DNA of 63,843 nucleotides, filler included, from Collodictyon triciliatum (lineage: Eukaryota): NCBI GenBank assembly GCA_043381765.1. It is 14 parts of 14 records of this genome, joined end to end, with 100 filler letters (N's around TTAATTAATTAA, not from the genome) between each part and the next. Parts side by side here need not be neighbours in the genome. Positions count along the whole stretch, not along the records: positions 47,634 to 56,107 come from JBHJMP010006360.1; positions 56,208 to 60,430 come from JBHJMP010006361.1; positions 60,531 to 63,843 come from JBHJMP010006431.1; 11 more parts are not named here. One strand, 5' to 3'. Shown here piece after piece: positions 53,288-63,843 of the stretch (its first letter is position 1; each line of letters opens with the position of its first letter). The notes under the pieces are model-generated. The model was not told the DNA's origin. It ran no database searches and saw nothing but the letters and a program-made list of their open reading frames with translations. Position numbers and translations under genes: made by a program.

Positions 53288-55350
53288 CCCCCCCCCCCCC
53301 CCCAACTCTCATTTACTAAGGTCCTTTGTACTTCAAATATAGGAAACGCCCGGCGCATATGAGAATCTCAAGCGACACTTCCGGCCATCGCAGCCGATTT
53401 CTTCCTTTGTCAACTATTTGAAGGAATTGAAAGGGCTGACACACGAAAAGCTTCTCACAACGGTTGAAGAAGAGAAATCAAGACAGGATCATCTATCAGA
53501 CATAATGCTTAAGGAGAAAAGAGTATTTATATTATTAGAACAAAGGATATATGTATATGTCGCTTGATATTCTAAAATTTTCCCCCATGTAAATGCTTTC
53601 ATTATGACCTCACTATATGAATCAGATTCATCACATGAATACCTGATACAATAGGCATCTAGTGAAAAGAAGTCGCTCGAGAAAGAGCTTTTTGAAGAAC
53701 GAAGTGCCAGAGAAAAGGAAGTATCTGCCAGACAGAGGCAAATAGAGAATCTGCAAAGTATGCATATACTATCTTGTGATAACCATCCTCTTTATTTATA
53801 TGTTGAAAATCTGCTGGTTGTGTAGAAGGAAACTTATCCGTGAGACTTTACGTCATAATTGAACGAGACAAATTAATATGAAAACTCACATCAATACTTT
53901 TGAATCCAGGGGAAATATCGAGCATAAAGCAAAAGAACAAAGATGAGGCTGCAAATTTAGAGAAAGAAAGTAAAGCACGCGAAACGTCGGATGAAAAGTC
54001 ATTTCAAGAGAAGGAAGCAACACTACGGCAAGAAATCAAAAAGATGGAGCTGCTTCTTGAAGAGAAAGTGGCCAAACACAAAGAAAACGAGTTGCAGATG
54101 AGAAAGAAGGCGCATAAGAGCGAGCAGGAAGTGGAGACATGGATATCAAAGTACGACCAAGAGATGACAGAGAAAGAGACTGATATTCAGTCAGCACAGG
54201 TGATAGCACATTCTTTAATGTGATTATATTAAGTCCTTTACTCACTAACATATATAACTAAGTGTCACGATCAGCATATTTTATATATTTAATATTTTCA
54301 GTTGATTGTTAAATCATGAACGTCTTACATTTGGGGCTTGACATAATATATTGGTCAATTTTCTATGAACGTTAATTCTAATGCTATCTTATTCTTTCTT
54401 TCTTCCTTTTTTATAATGTTTTACAGGAAGCCTACGACAAAGAAAAAAAAGAGCTGGAGGAAATGGAAAAGAAGTATACCGAGGTCAATTCGGATTGGGA
54501 ACTTCTAACGGCTGAAAAACAAAAGATAGAACAAGCAAAAGAGGTAAGAGATTCATATAATTTATTTTTTTTTCAAGAAAATTTCAATACTTCTATACTG
54601 TCTTGTTGCTTCATCTATTGATTTTTTTCTGGCAATCGATCTCCTCCAGCATCAGTATCATATTGTTTTCATTTGGTGTAGTATTATTTCATTTTTCTCT
54701 AATATGATAGATTTAATAGTGATATTACATGTGCTTATTTTCTCCGATTTCTGCACATTTTATTTGACGACATATGTATGACATTTCTAAATGAATATTG
54801 ATTGAATATGGGTCATATCGCGATGCAGAGAGAGAAGGCACGTTTGTTGGAGCTGAACAAAGCCGCCACTGTCATCCAAGCAGCATGGAAAGGATATCGT
54901 GAGCGCATGAAGTTTGCAAAAAAGAAGCTAACAAAGAAGCCCACAAAAACATCAAAAGTAATTGAACCACTTTTTTTTTGTCTTTATTTCATTTCGTTCA
55001 ATTATTTTTATATTTTATTGTGAGGAGATATTCGTTTGGTGTGGTTGAAAAATTCGAAGGCTCTTGAAATACATTTTCAAGCTTGCGACACAAAAAATTT
55101 TTCAGAACATATATATTTTTACTTTTGCTTTTTGTATCTGAACGAGTCGTTTGCACACACATAATCCGTGTTTGTGGGAATGCAGTCAAAGTCACCAAAG
55201 AGTCGGTCTGCTGGAAGGGCCGGCCAGTCTGGTGGGAGCATGGGCGTGTCGAAGCCAGGAACCGCATCGTCTAAACCAACATCGCCTGGGACGGTTGGCA
55301 AAGGCCCCACAAGGCCAACCACAAAATCGTCAACCCGAGAAAACAAGTGA
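52315..55350 (+). CDS. DRC10: Dynein regulatory complex subunit 10 (IQ domain-containing protein D)
   Basis: MNKLTNVEAQRIMAVMNETIEKL, KLLTTVEEEKSRQDHL, SEQEVETWISKYDQEMTEK, IQ motif AATVIQAAWKGYRER, Lys-rich tail. Confidence 0.88.
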
Positions 55351-56207
55351 TAAATGCTATTATAACGCGCATTTGCGCACAAGATTATCCTGCACCAACA
55401 TCGCTGTCTTTCTGTCCGCAACGGCTGTTTCGCCATGTCCCTTTGATTCTTTTTCTTTTCCTTCTTCATTAACAACCGGCAATTCATGCATCTGCTCTTT
55501 ATTTCATACAAATATACGAGACAAAAGGCAGAAAGATAAAATTATCCACATATGGAATTTTAACAGAGGATAATATACGATACTTAAATAACGATACTAA
55601 TGTCAACTGAACCCATCGCATCATCCTTTCTGATTATTGTCCATACCCGAGCAAAGTGTGGCAGGCCACATGTCCCACATTCATAAATGGATGTATAACG
55701 TCGATAGCACCAATACGGCTCATTTCATTTAATCTCCACAGGTCATATTTGCTTCAGGACGCAGCAACGAATGATTCTGAGAAAAAGAAAACACATACAT
55801 ACACACACTCACTTTTGCGCGGGCATTGCAAACAACACGCAAACACTCGTCCTTGTCATTTGATTTCTCGGGGAATATAAATGGGCCGACCAAAGCAGGC
55901 TATGATGGTTTTTGATGGACAGCCACTCAGGGATTGGGTCGCACCAGAATCAACACACACAATCGCCCACACCCGCATAATGCGCCGTGGAGAAAAAGAG
56001 TGAGAACGAAAAAGAAAGAAAAAAAGAAAGAAAAAAAGAAAGAAAAAAAGAAAGAAAAAAAGAAAGAAAAAAAGAAAGAAAAAAAGAAAGAAAAAAAGAA
56101 AGAAAAANNNNNNNNNNNNNNNNNNNNNNNNNNNNNNNNNNNNNNNNNNNNTTAATTAATTAANNNNNNNNNNNNNNNNNNNNNNNNNNNNNNNNNNNNN
56201 NNNNNNN

Positions 56208-56487
56208 AACACAAGTCAGGATATATTTTGCGTCTTCTGACTCCAGGCCGTCGACATCAATTGTGTCTATTTGAATGTACCCTGGTTTGAATCGCATCAT
56301 GGTTGCTTGTTTGCGTTCTGACTTTCTCGCTTGGAGAGTTTGGTAGTCGGGTTGTTGTTTGAGAAATTCCTCGACAGTCTTTTTTTTTAATTCCAAATTC
56401 TTTTACGAGCGCCCAGAGTCCGGCAACTGAATTGGTGTGCTTGGGTGCATTGTGATACTTGTTCAATATATCCATTTCGTCATCCAT
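56208..56487 (-). mobile_element. N-terminal part of a Polinton/Maverick- or mavirus-type retroviral-like (rve) integrase, frameshifted, cut by contig end
   Basis: Joining two frames across the T9 run (56380-56388) gives MDDEMDILNKYHNAPKHTNSVAGLWALVKEFGIKKKTVEEFLKQQPDYQTLQARK...GYIQIDTIDVDGLESEDAKYILTCV. This fits the c-integrase pattern V..(W/F)L..Q..Y...Q.D..D....KYILT.ID. No introns. Confidence 0.8.
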
Positions 56488-56496
56488 ATATTGAAT

Positions 56497-56590
56497 TAGA
56501 TATAATAATAAGTAAAAAACGCAGAAAACAATTGAGGATGAAATAATCTGATATTTATTTATTCTATATATCTAGAATAAATAAATATCA
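56497..56590 (-). promoter_or_regulatory. TCTA motif in AT-rich context at -13..-10 of the integrase ATG, and perfect 18-bp inverted repeat
   Basis: Minus strand: tattattataTCTAattcaatatATG. Hairpin arms TGATATTTATTTATTCTA (56549-56566) and TAGAATAAATAAATATCA (56573-56590) with a 6-nt loop. Confidence 0.55.
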
Positions 56591-57039
56591 ATCAGAGACA
56601 TTGCAAAGACATTATTCAACAAACTCGCGAACTTTTTTAGCTTGAGATATCGACAATCTTTTCACTCTTTTGGCAGAACTTGTTTTGCGTCTTTTTTTTA
56701 CGCACCGGCTTTCTGATACCATGTAAAGTAATATTGACAAATATGAATAATAGACATCAAATAGACCCACATTCATCTATATATGAAATCCACAATAGGG
56801 AATGCACCTTGGTCATTCCCCGATTCACCTCTATAAATGCATTTTACCTTTCCTTCTTGTCATTTTTATTATTGCACTCTCATCGCACCAGAATCCGCCT
56901 GCAGCAAGGACGCAACACAACAGAAAAACCAAAACAAAAAAACAAAAAAACAAGAAACAAAAAATGGAATGAAAAACCGTAGAAATTGTTGTAATACAAA
57001 ATCCACGCTAAAAACTCGACACAACAGAGAAGGCAGCGG

Positions 57040-57834
57040 ATGGCGCAGTTTATCAAACTCCAAAGCTCTGACATTACACCAGGTCCTCTTGTATTCGGCA
57101 CAGAAGATTACCGTATTATCCAAGCTCGAGATAAAAGAACAGGACAGACGGTCGCTGTCAAAGAATATCAAAAATCACAGCTCCACAAACCTGAATATGT
57201 CGAGCCCATCATGGAAGAAGTCGGTAAGCTTGTCGCTTTGCCTCGACACAGCGGGGTTTTATCCTACCTTGGTGCTTATGTCGAAGAGGGCACTTTAAAT
57301 ATCGTCCGCGAGTTTGGTGAAGGACGTACCCTCGAGGAAATCATTCCCACGCATAACTTCGACCTTGAAAAGATCAAAGAATTAGTTGAAATGATCTGCG
57401 ACGGCGTTTCATTTTTACACTCTCATGGATTGTTTCATTACAACATCAAGCCCGACAATATAATACTGAAGGCTGATGGAAGTGTCGCTCTTTGTGATTT
57501 TGGGATGCTCGAGCTCCGTGATAGTATTCAACGTAGAGGCACATCTAGAAGACTAGACATTGCGGTAGCTCCGCCAGAATTGTTCCGCGATGGCTCTTAT
57601 GTGGGAGAGAAGAGCGATGTTTTCTCAGTCGGGCTTATTTTATGGATGTTTCTCTTCAAAAAGATTCCCAAAGTCCGCTACTTTGACACGAGAAAAATTA
57701 CCGATCCAAAAATGAAAGAGCTGCTGACCAAGACATTTAACCAAACACCTGAGGAGCGCCCGACACTGGACGAGTTTCGTCGCAGTATATTAACTGATTG
57801 CGTATGTGGCTTTTCTTCACAAGTGATCTCCTAA
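57040..57834 (+). CDS. Protein-kinase-fold pseudokinase (HRD replaced by HYN, no Gly-rich loop)
   Basis: VAVK and DFG are intact, but the catalytic loop is LFHYNIKPDN and GxGxxG is absent. Possible phase-1 donor at 57785. Confidence 0.85.
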   Translation: MAQFIKLQSSDITPGPLVFGTEDYRIIQARDKRTGQTVAVKEYQKSQLHKPEYVEPIMEEVGKLVALPRHSGVLSYLGAYVEEGTLNIVREFGEGRTLEEIIPTHNFDLEKIKELVEMICDGVSFLHSHGLFHYNIKPDNIILKADGSVALCDFGMLELRDSIQRRGTSRRLDIAVAPPELFRDGSYVGEKSDVFSVGLILWMFLFKKIPKVRYFDTRKITDPKMKELLTKTFNQTPEERPTLDEFRRSILTDCVCGFSSQVIS

Positions 57835-57919
57835 TGCATATCTGATACTCATGAGATTTATTCAGAATTAAGTATTCGACCGGAAACGTACCTTTCTACC
57901 TATTAATGTACTATACAAT

Positions 57920-58161
57920 ACAAAGACCGACAAAGCTTTTGGGCCGCCCACCTGACCAACTCGCTATCACTGATTTCTTTCCAGTGCTGGCCTCTCCACG
58001 GTAGTGTCTTCTCTTACCCGCGTTTGCTCTCTACTATGCACACCTACCTCGCTCTTTTATGGCATTAACTCACAGCGCTGAATCGAATAAAGGGAAAAAA
58101 CAAACAAAAGAACAAACAAAAGAACAAACAAAAAACAAACATAAACAAAGATCGACAAAGC
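57920..58161 (+). mobile_element. ~208-bp 5'-truncated non-LTR retrotransposon copy with 17-bp TSD
   Basis: ACAAAGACCGACAAAGC (57920-57936) and ACAAAGATCGACAAAGC (58145-58161) flank it. 57946-58003 matches the reverse complement of 38565-38622 at 53/58 by hand alignment. Ends CTGAATCGAATAAAGGGAAAAAA plus a CAAA-rich tail. Confidence 0.9.
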
Positions 58162-58202
58162 CGAATTAGTGCGAAATGCGAAAGGAGCTGGTTAACCTGT
58201 AG

Positions 58203-59392
58203 AAGCTCGCAAAGCTGAAGAAGTCCGCAAAGCTAGAGCAGCAAGTAAGTGAGAACATTGTCCTCTTCCTTTGCAGTCACTGATACTCCTATAAGGCGGC
58301 CTCTGACATCAAACCAAATCAGCCCCTAGCCGCCTGACCCTGGGCAAGTATGCAGACCTGCTAACCACGGACTTTGAGAGGAGGGAAAACTTCCTGGGCA
58401 AGGGCGGCTTCGGGATGGCGTACAAGGTGCAGCTAAAGGAGGGCGTCTTTGCTATCAAGAAGATCCCTGATGCTATGGTCTCATCATCCCCAAACGGTGC
58501 AGACCCCGAGACCGAGGGCAAGTTGATGCTCGAACTACAGCACCCAAACATCCTGAGACTCTATGACTTTGGGTACCACAACAAGGACCTGCTCTTTGTC
58601 ATGGAGTTTGCGGACGGTAGAGACCTGCACACACTCATCGAAAGGTGCAAAGCGCTAGGAAACGATCTGACCCTCAAATACGGGCTGCACATCATCCATG
58701 GACTTGCCTATCTCCACTCTCGCGTGCCGGCCATCCAGCACCGCGACCTGAAGACAGAGAATGTCCTCCTTGTGGACGGCGTCGCCAAGCTGACTGACTT
58801 CGGGCTTGCAAAGAGTGGTGTCTCTGTCAACTCGGTGAGCAAGTTCGGTGGCTCGATGAAATGGTCCCCACCCGAGGTTTTTGACGGGGGCAAGGGTGTG
58901 GGCCTGCCTAGCGATGTCTACTCGTATGGCCTTGTCCTCTGGTCCATGCTAAGCGGCAAGTATCCGTACGAGGGAATGATTGACAGTCAGGTCAGTTTGA
59001 GGGTCCTTCGTGGGGAAAGGCTTCCTCTCCCTGCTACCTGTCCTTCTAACCTCGCAGCTCTTATCCACAAGTGCTGGGAGGGAGACTATGAAAAAAGAAT
59101 AACCGCGGTTCAAGTCAGGACATATATGGACGAGCTCATGCGCAACCCAAACACCGTGATTGAGAAGACATCAAGGGATTCAGTAAAGGGAATGAGCAAC
59201 GCGCAGCTTGTCAAGTACCTGGAGGATGAGCATGTCATTAAAAAGTTTATTGATATCGTAAAGAGCGCCAATGTGACAGGTGATGACTTCCTTGAGCTTG
59301 ATAAAGACAATTTAAAATCCAGACCATTCAAACTCAACGAATTCGACGCCAAAACGATTATCAAGTTGATTGAAGAAGCCAAGCACAAATAG
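58203..59392 (+). CDS. TKL-group protein kinase with C-terminal SAM domain (5' end unresolved)
   Basis: LGKGGFG, AIK, HRDLKTEN, DFG, GSMKWSPPE, SDVYSYG, CW...R. SAM-like tail MSNAQLVKYL...NVTGDDFLELDKDNLK. Intron 58245-58322 (GTAAGT...CTGAC...CAG) links an upstream exon EARKAEEVRKARAA. Confidence 0.9.
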
Positions 59393-59525
59393 GCAACCTC
59401 TGAATCTTCTGCTATCGGTATTTTCTCTCACCTCTCTCTTTCTGTTGCAGAGAAGCCGACAGACAATAAAACATAAACGATTAAAAACATGCGCTTACGA
59501 CTTCATATGCCTTTTTTTTTATACA

Positions 59526-59573
59526 CACGAAAAGTTTTTTCCCTTTATTCGAATCAAAGGTTATAGGCACGAA
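59526..59573 (-). mobile_element. 36-bp micro-copy of non-LTR 3' end with 6-bp TSD
   Basis: CACGAA at 59526-59531 and 59568-59573 flank minus-strand CCTATAACCTTTGATTCGAATAAAGGGAAAAAACTT. Confidence 0.7.
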
Positions 59574-59985
59574 TATAGTTTTTGGAATTTCTTTTGTGAG
59601 ATGTTATTGCACTTGCACGCAGCTGTTTTTGATTTTATTTCAACTGTTTAATCGAGAAAACAAAGCCGAGGAAACCGCCTTCACTCCAGGACAAGAAATG
59701 AGCTGTGAACAAGACAGTGGAAAGCCCCGGATTGTGTGGTTGGAGTTTTTGTGTTTTGGGTGGAAGGAAGGAAAGAAAAAAATAGAAACGAGGGAAAGTG
59801 TTCTCACGTGCAGACTATTCTACCCGAGGTGAATCAGCTCCAACACGGTTTCTTGCTGTATTCGACACTTGTAAAAGAGCGGATAAAGTTGTCGGGTCGA
59901 TGAAAGTACACATGGCAATCTTTTCTCAAATTGATCCCGACGAGTCCTTTCAACCGTCTATCTCAGACAAGATTTACATCCTATT

Positions 59986-60278
59986 TCATTTCACTGGATG
60001 AGTCTTTTGAGGGGACAACGGGTCACTTTCGTTGCGTTTCTTGCTGGGCGACTCAGACAAAAAGCGATGCATCGTTATTTGTCTGGTATTCACGGAACTG
60101 GCGCTTGACCGTCCCCTGGTTTCGGAACTATGCGTAGTTGGCAATGGACTTTGCTTAACTGGATTATGGATACGCGTTTGTGGTTTTAGAAACATACGCT
60201 CCTGCTTGCTCGGACTGTCTTTGGTGAGTGAAATTCCAAGCTTGGATTCGACTTGTGGTGTTTGCTCTTGCTCCTTCG
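59986..60278 (-). CDS. Terminal exon of an unknown gene with a PIP-box-like motif
   Basis: Open ~97-codon exon after an AG at 60279-60280. Contains RQITMHRFL near the C-terminus. Confidence 0.4.
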
Positions 60279-60372
60279 CTTAAACAAGGGGTACTCGTAT
60301 AAATAGTAAGAGCATTGGCTGTATTTGAAAAGTAATAATAACAATAACAATAACAATAACAATAACAATAAC

Positions 60373-60430
<58 letters not shown>

Positions 60431-60711
60431 NNNNNNNNNNNNNNNNNNNNNNNNNNNNNNNNNNNNNNNNNNNNTTAATTAATTAANNNNNNNNNNNNNN
60501 NNNNNNNNNNNNNNNNNNNNNNNNNNNNNNCTTTTTTCTTTTTTCTTTTTTCTTTTCTCTTTCTCTTTCTCTTTCTCTTTCTCTTTCTCTTTCTCTTTCT
60601 CTTTCTCTTTCTCTTTCTCTTTCTCTTTCTCTTTCTCTTTTTCAACTATAGTCTTATTCCTTTTTTAATTTTTGATATCTCACACTCAATAATCGTGCTA
60701 TAAACATATCA

Positions 60712-63660
60712 GAACAAAGTGTTATTCGCTGCCATAAGCTCGAAAGAGAACTTGCTACGTATAGACCTCCTGGGGACAAAACACCTTTATTTAAAGTGTG
60801 TAGATGCCTTTAAAATCCTCATCAGTTCGACTCAATTAACTTCCTAGACACAACATACTAACATCGTCATGTATACAGGATGAACCTGAAGTGAAGAAAG
60901 TCGCAAATGCTACAGAAACTCTGGTTATAATTTCTTGATCGCTATTTTTCCTTTCAAGCTGTATGAATTATAATTATGCTTCTTTTATTAAATTATAATG
61001 GCATTTTATCTTATCATTTGCTCTACTTCCATCATCCAGACTGCACCGCAACCTGAGAAACCAGTCGATCAACCAGCTGCCCCTCAAGTGGAAAAGGCCA
61101 ATACATCAACCACTTCTAATACTCCTATCGTTAATCCTATCAACATCGAAAATGTCCCACCACAGTCCTCCAGTCTCTCCCCTGCTGAAAAGGTGAAATA
61201 CTGTCGTAAAATTTTGATTTTTTTTTTTTTTACAATCTCAGATAAATGTGCAGTAGGATTTTTATTTACTCATTTTCTTGCGTAGAGTCCAGAAACTGTC
61301 GCTAATGGGAATACCAAACCAACATCATCGGAATCTCCAGACAAAGTATTTTAATACACTACATCATCTGCATGTTCTTTTGTTTTAAATAAGAGAGAGT
61401 CCTATCATAGCAAGGTAACGAACCTTTTATACACGACAGGAACAGCCAAAAGCCAAAAAAATGCTTGGCAAGAAACGTAAGAAACACTAAAATGACATAT
61501 TGCTTATATATAAACTCAGTTATTTAATGGTTGGTAAATCCCATATATTTTAAAATATTATAGAAAGACCCTTCGCCTCAGTATTTGCTGATATACGGGA
61601 TGATTATCGCTCTCTCCCGATGGAAGAAGTTCAGTATCGAATCAATCGTCTTCAACCCCTTGGACATATTGATTGTAAGATAAATTTGCATTGATATTGT
61701 TTTTACATGCACGGAAATTTTATTTACTCCAGTATTATATAAAATTGTGACAAGAAATGAATATATTTTTATGAATTTTTTTTTTTTGATAATTGTCAAA
61801 TTTTGGTAGTATATGGCGATGTTACTCAGAAGCTGCTTATCATCACTGAGCGATTAGCAACCCTCGAAATCCAAGCAGGAAAAAAACCCTATCAAACATT
61901 GACAGACCCTGTACGAATAAAAATCCCTCACATTTTTATTTCGTATGTCCTTTCTTCTTTTACTAATCATTACAATCAAGAAATTGTGTATAGTTATGCG
62001 ATATTCATATTTTAAATAATAGATCAACCGAGCAGGGATTGTTATCAGCACGAAGAGGTATATACCCTTCTATGATGACATCGATCGCGATACGACTCTG
62101 CACAAGAGACCCATCAGGTTTTTTTTTAAAAAAAAAAAGCCCATTATTAATGTAGTTGGGTAATCACTATCAGCAGCAGCATCCCCACTATCTTTCGCTA
62201 TGATTTAGGGGTATAGAATGGCTCTCTATTATGATTGAACAAATGTATGACGAAAAGTATAAGCAAGATTCGTTGGATTTGGATCTGAGTAATTGCCTGC
62301 TTTTAACAAAGAAATTCTTTCAAAAAAAAAACACGCATTTCATATGCAGTATGATGTATTTTTATCTTATTGTAAACGTCAAATATCCACCATCCTGCAC
62401 AAAATTTAAAGGAAGAATAAAATAAATAAAAAATTAATTGTAAACGTCAAATCAATTCGAGAGCCTGAATTCATATAAATCGCCTGCTTTAGACCTCCCC
62501 GTGGACTGTTTCCCAGAGTTTCTTATAACATGGGCTTTGGATAAGAAGGAGACCAAGAAAATGGCCAGACAGGTTTCTATGTGATTGAAGAATTTTGAGT
62601 ACAGCTTTGATATTGATCTCATATTACCTGGACTTTATTATGAATCTTACCTTCCCTCTTAACTGTTTAGTTCATATGGGACTTATTTGTAAGTTCAAGG
62701 AAATTCCGAAAAGATAACAAAATGGTCAGTTATTTTGCTGATTTCCTAGAGGAGAGATATTCTGTTGAGGATTTGACATATTATGTGTATCCTTTTCCAT
62801 AAAATAATTCTAATACAATTGAAAACTTGAAAAGTGTCGTGTGCGTAATGAAGGTGTACTTTGGTGTCACGGCATTTGATATGAGCTTCAATTTGAAATA
62901 TTGGAATTAAATTTCTTAATATGAAAATAACCAAAGTCGTTGTCGTCGGTTGTTAAGAGATGGAGGTCGTATCACCACCATGAAACCCATGGATTCTGGA
63001 CCGAGTGTTTGTTATTTTGCATATATTGACACGTTTCGGATGACCTAGTTTTCACATCATTTTCTATGTAATCAGATACACGAACATCCTACAATCGAGC
63101 AAGTGAAGATTGGTGCTGTCCATTCCAAAAGTATGCATCCATCAGTTCGTACACCACAACCAATTATTTTTTCCTCATTTGAAGTAATATATAACTCGAC
63201 CCCCATTTTGGTATTACTATTATCGGTTTACTATTTTATTATTTGTATAATTTGATTTGATGATTTATCTTTCATAATCATCTCGATGTAGATTCCCTGC
63301 ATTTGATATTGAGGAATCGAAGCGAAGATATTATTGAAGGGATATTATATAAGGCCCAGGCATCTCACGGTCACCATCATGACAAGGAACACGACGGTCG
63401 TGGGGCTCAAACTAATCTGCAAGGTAATATTAATATATGTTTTGACAGCAAGAGAAAACGTATCCCCTTATCTTTTCTGTCTACTGGGTGCAGTAATTAA
63501 GCTGAGTTAAGTAACTAAATTCATGCTCTTGTAGTCCTTCATACCAGTAACCAGATGTCTACATTTCAATCATCTACTCCCATACCAACTATCGAACTCT
63601 ACACATTGCTGTCCTATATAATGGAGGAGTACTTTTCTGAAAAGAGCAAAATATCTGATA
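60712..63660 (+). CDS. Multi-microexon protein with TSNAXIP1-like helical domain, both ends truncated
   Basis: Spliced WLSIMIEQMYDEKYKQDSLD...FPEFLITWALDKK...ARQFIWDLF...VSYFADFLEE resembles the TSNAXIP1-like domain of ciliated eukaryotes (from memory). Confidence 0.45.
62369..62452 (+). mobile_element. 52-bp A-tailed insertion with perfect 16-bp TSD (different short retro-insert)
   Basis: ATTGTAAACGTCAAAT at 62369-62384 and 62437-62452 flank ATCCACCATCCTGCACAAAATTTAAAGGAAGAATAAAATAAATAAAAAATTA. Confidence 0.7.
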
Positions 63661-63843
63661 AGGTTTTTATCTTTTATCTATCTTTTATCTATCTTTTATC
63701 TATCTTTTATCTATCTTTTATCTATCTTTTATCTATCTTTTATCTATCTTTTATCTATCTTTTATCTATCTTTTATCTATCTTTTATCTATCTTTTATCT
63801 ATCTTTTATCTATCTTTTATCTATCTTTTATCTATCTTTTATC

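Noticed and set aside
57926-58004. PTKLLGRPPDQLAITDFF as the start of a third kinase domain
   Set aside because: The DNA is homologous to the retroelement at 38565-38622 and lies between TSDs, so it is LINE sequence.
57040-59392. Calling the tandem a JAK, or a JAK-STAT cluster with the STAT-like genes
   Set aside because: No FERM or SH2, the catalytic loop HRDLKTEN is TKL/Ser-Thr type, and the STAT-like genes are on unlinked contigs.

Overview
Eukaryotic, AT-rich, intron-dense protist DNA, probably from a flagellated aerobic species (DRC10/IQCD, ODF3-like repeat protein, mitochondrial-type presequences). The window is not contiguous. It is about 15 unrelated ~4.2-kb contigs, roughly sorted by length and joined by artificial N44-TTAATTAATTAA-N44 spacers, so adjacency across spacers is meaningless. 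Genes spliced by hand use GT-AG introns and the standard code: two divergent STAT-like linker-SH2 genes, an EF-hand protein, inositol monophosphatase, an SMN-like YG-box protein, a SWIM-finger protein, CD36/LIMP, two tandem ABHD11 paralogues, a Qc-SNARE, a bestrophin, a SNF1/MARK-type kinase, a LOG2/MGRN1 RING ligase, a bacterial-type ATP-dependent DNA ligase, a membrane class I PDE, DRC10, a TSNAXIP1-like protein, and a pseudokinase next to a TKL kinase-SAM. Three results stand out. (1) A dispersed non-LTR retroelement family whose copies are mostly only 30-36 bp: a 3' hairpin (CTTTGAATCGAATAAAG) plus A-rich tail, flanked by 6-17 bp target-site duplications. Its parent ORF ends in a perfect PCNA-binding PIP box. 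(2) A Polinton/mavirus-type rve integrase with a virophage-like TCTA promoter motif and a perfect 18-bp AT-rich hairpin. (3) Beside it, a pseudokinase-kinase-SAM tandem that reads in one frame except for a single TAA. All family assignments come from motif recognition; no database searches were run.
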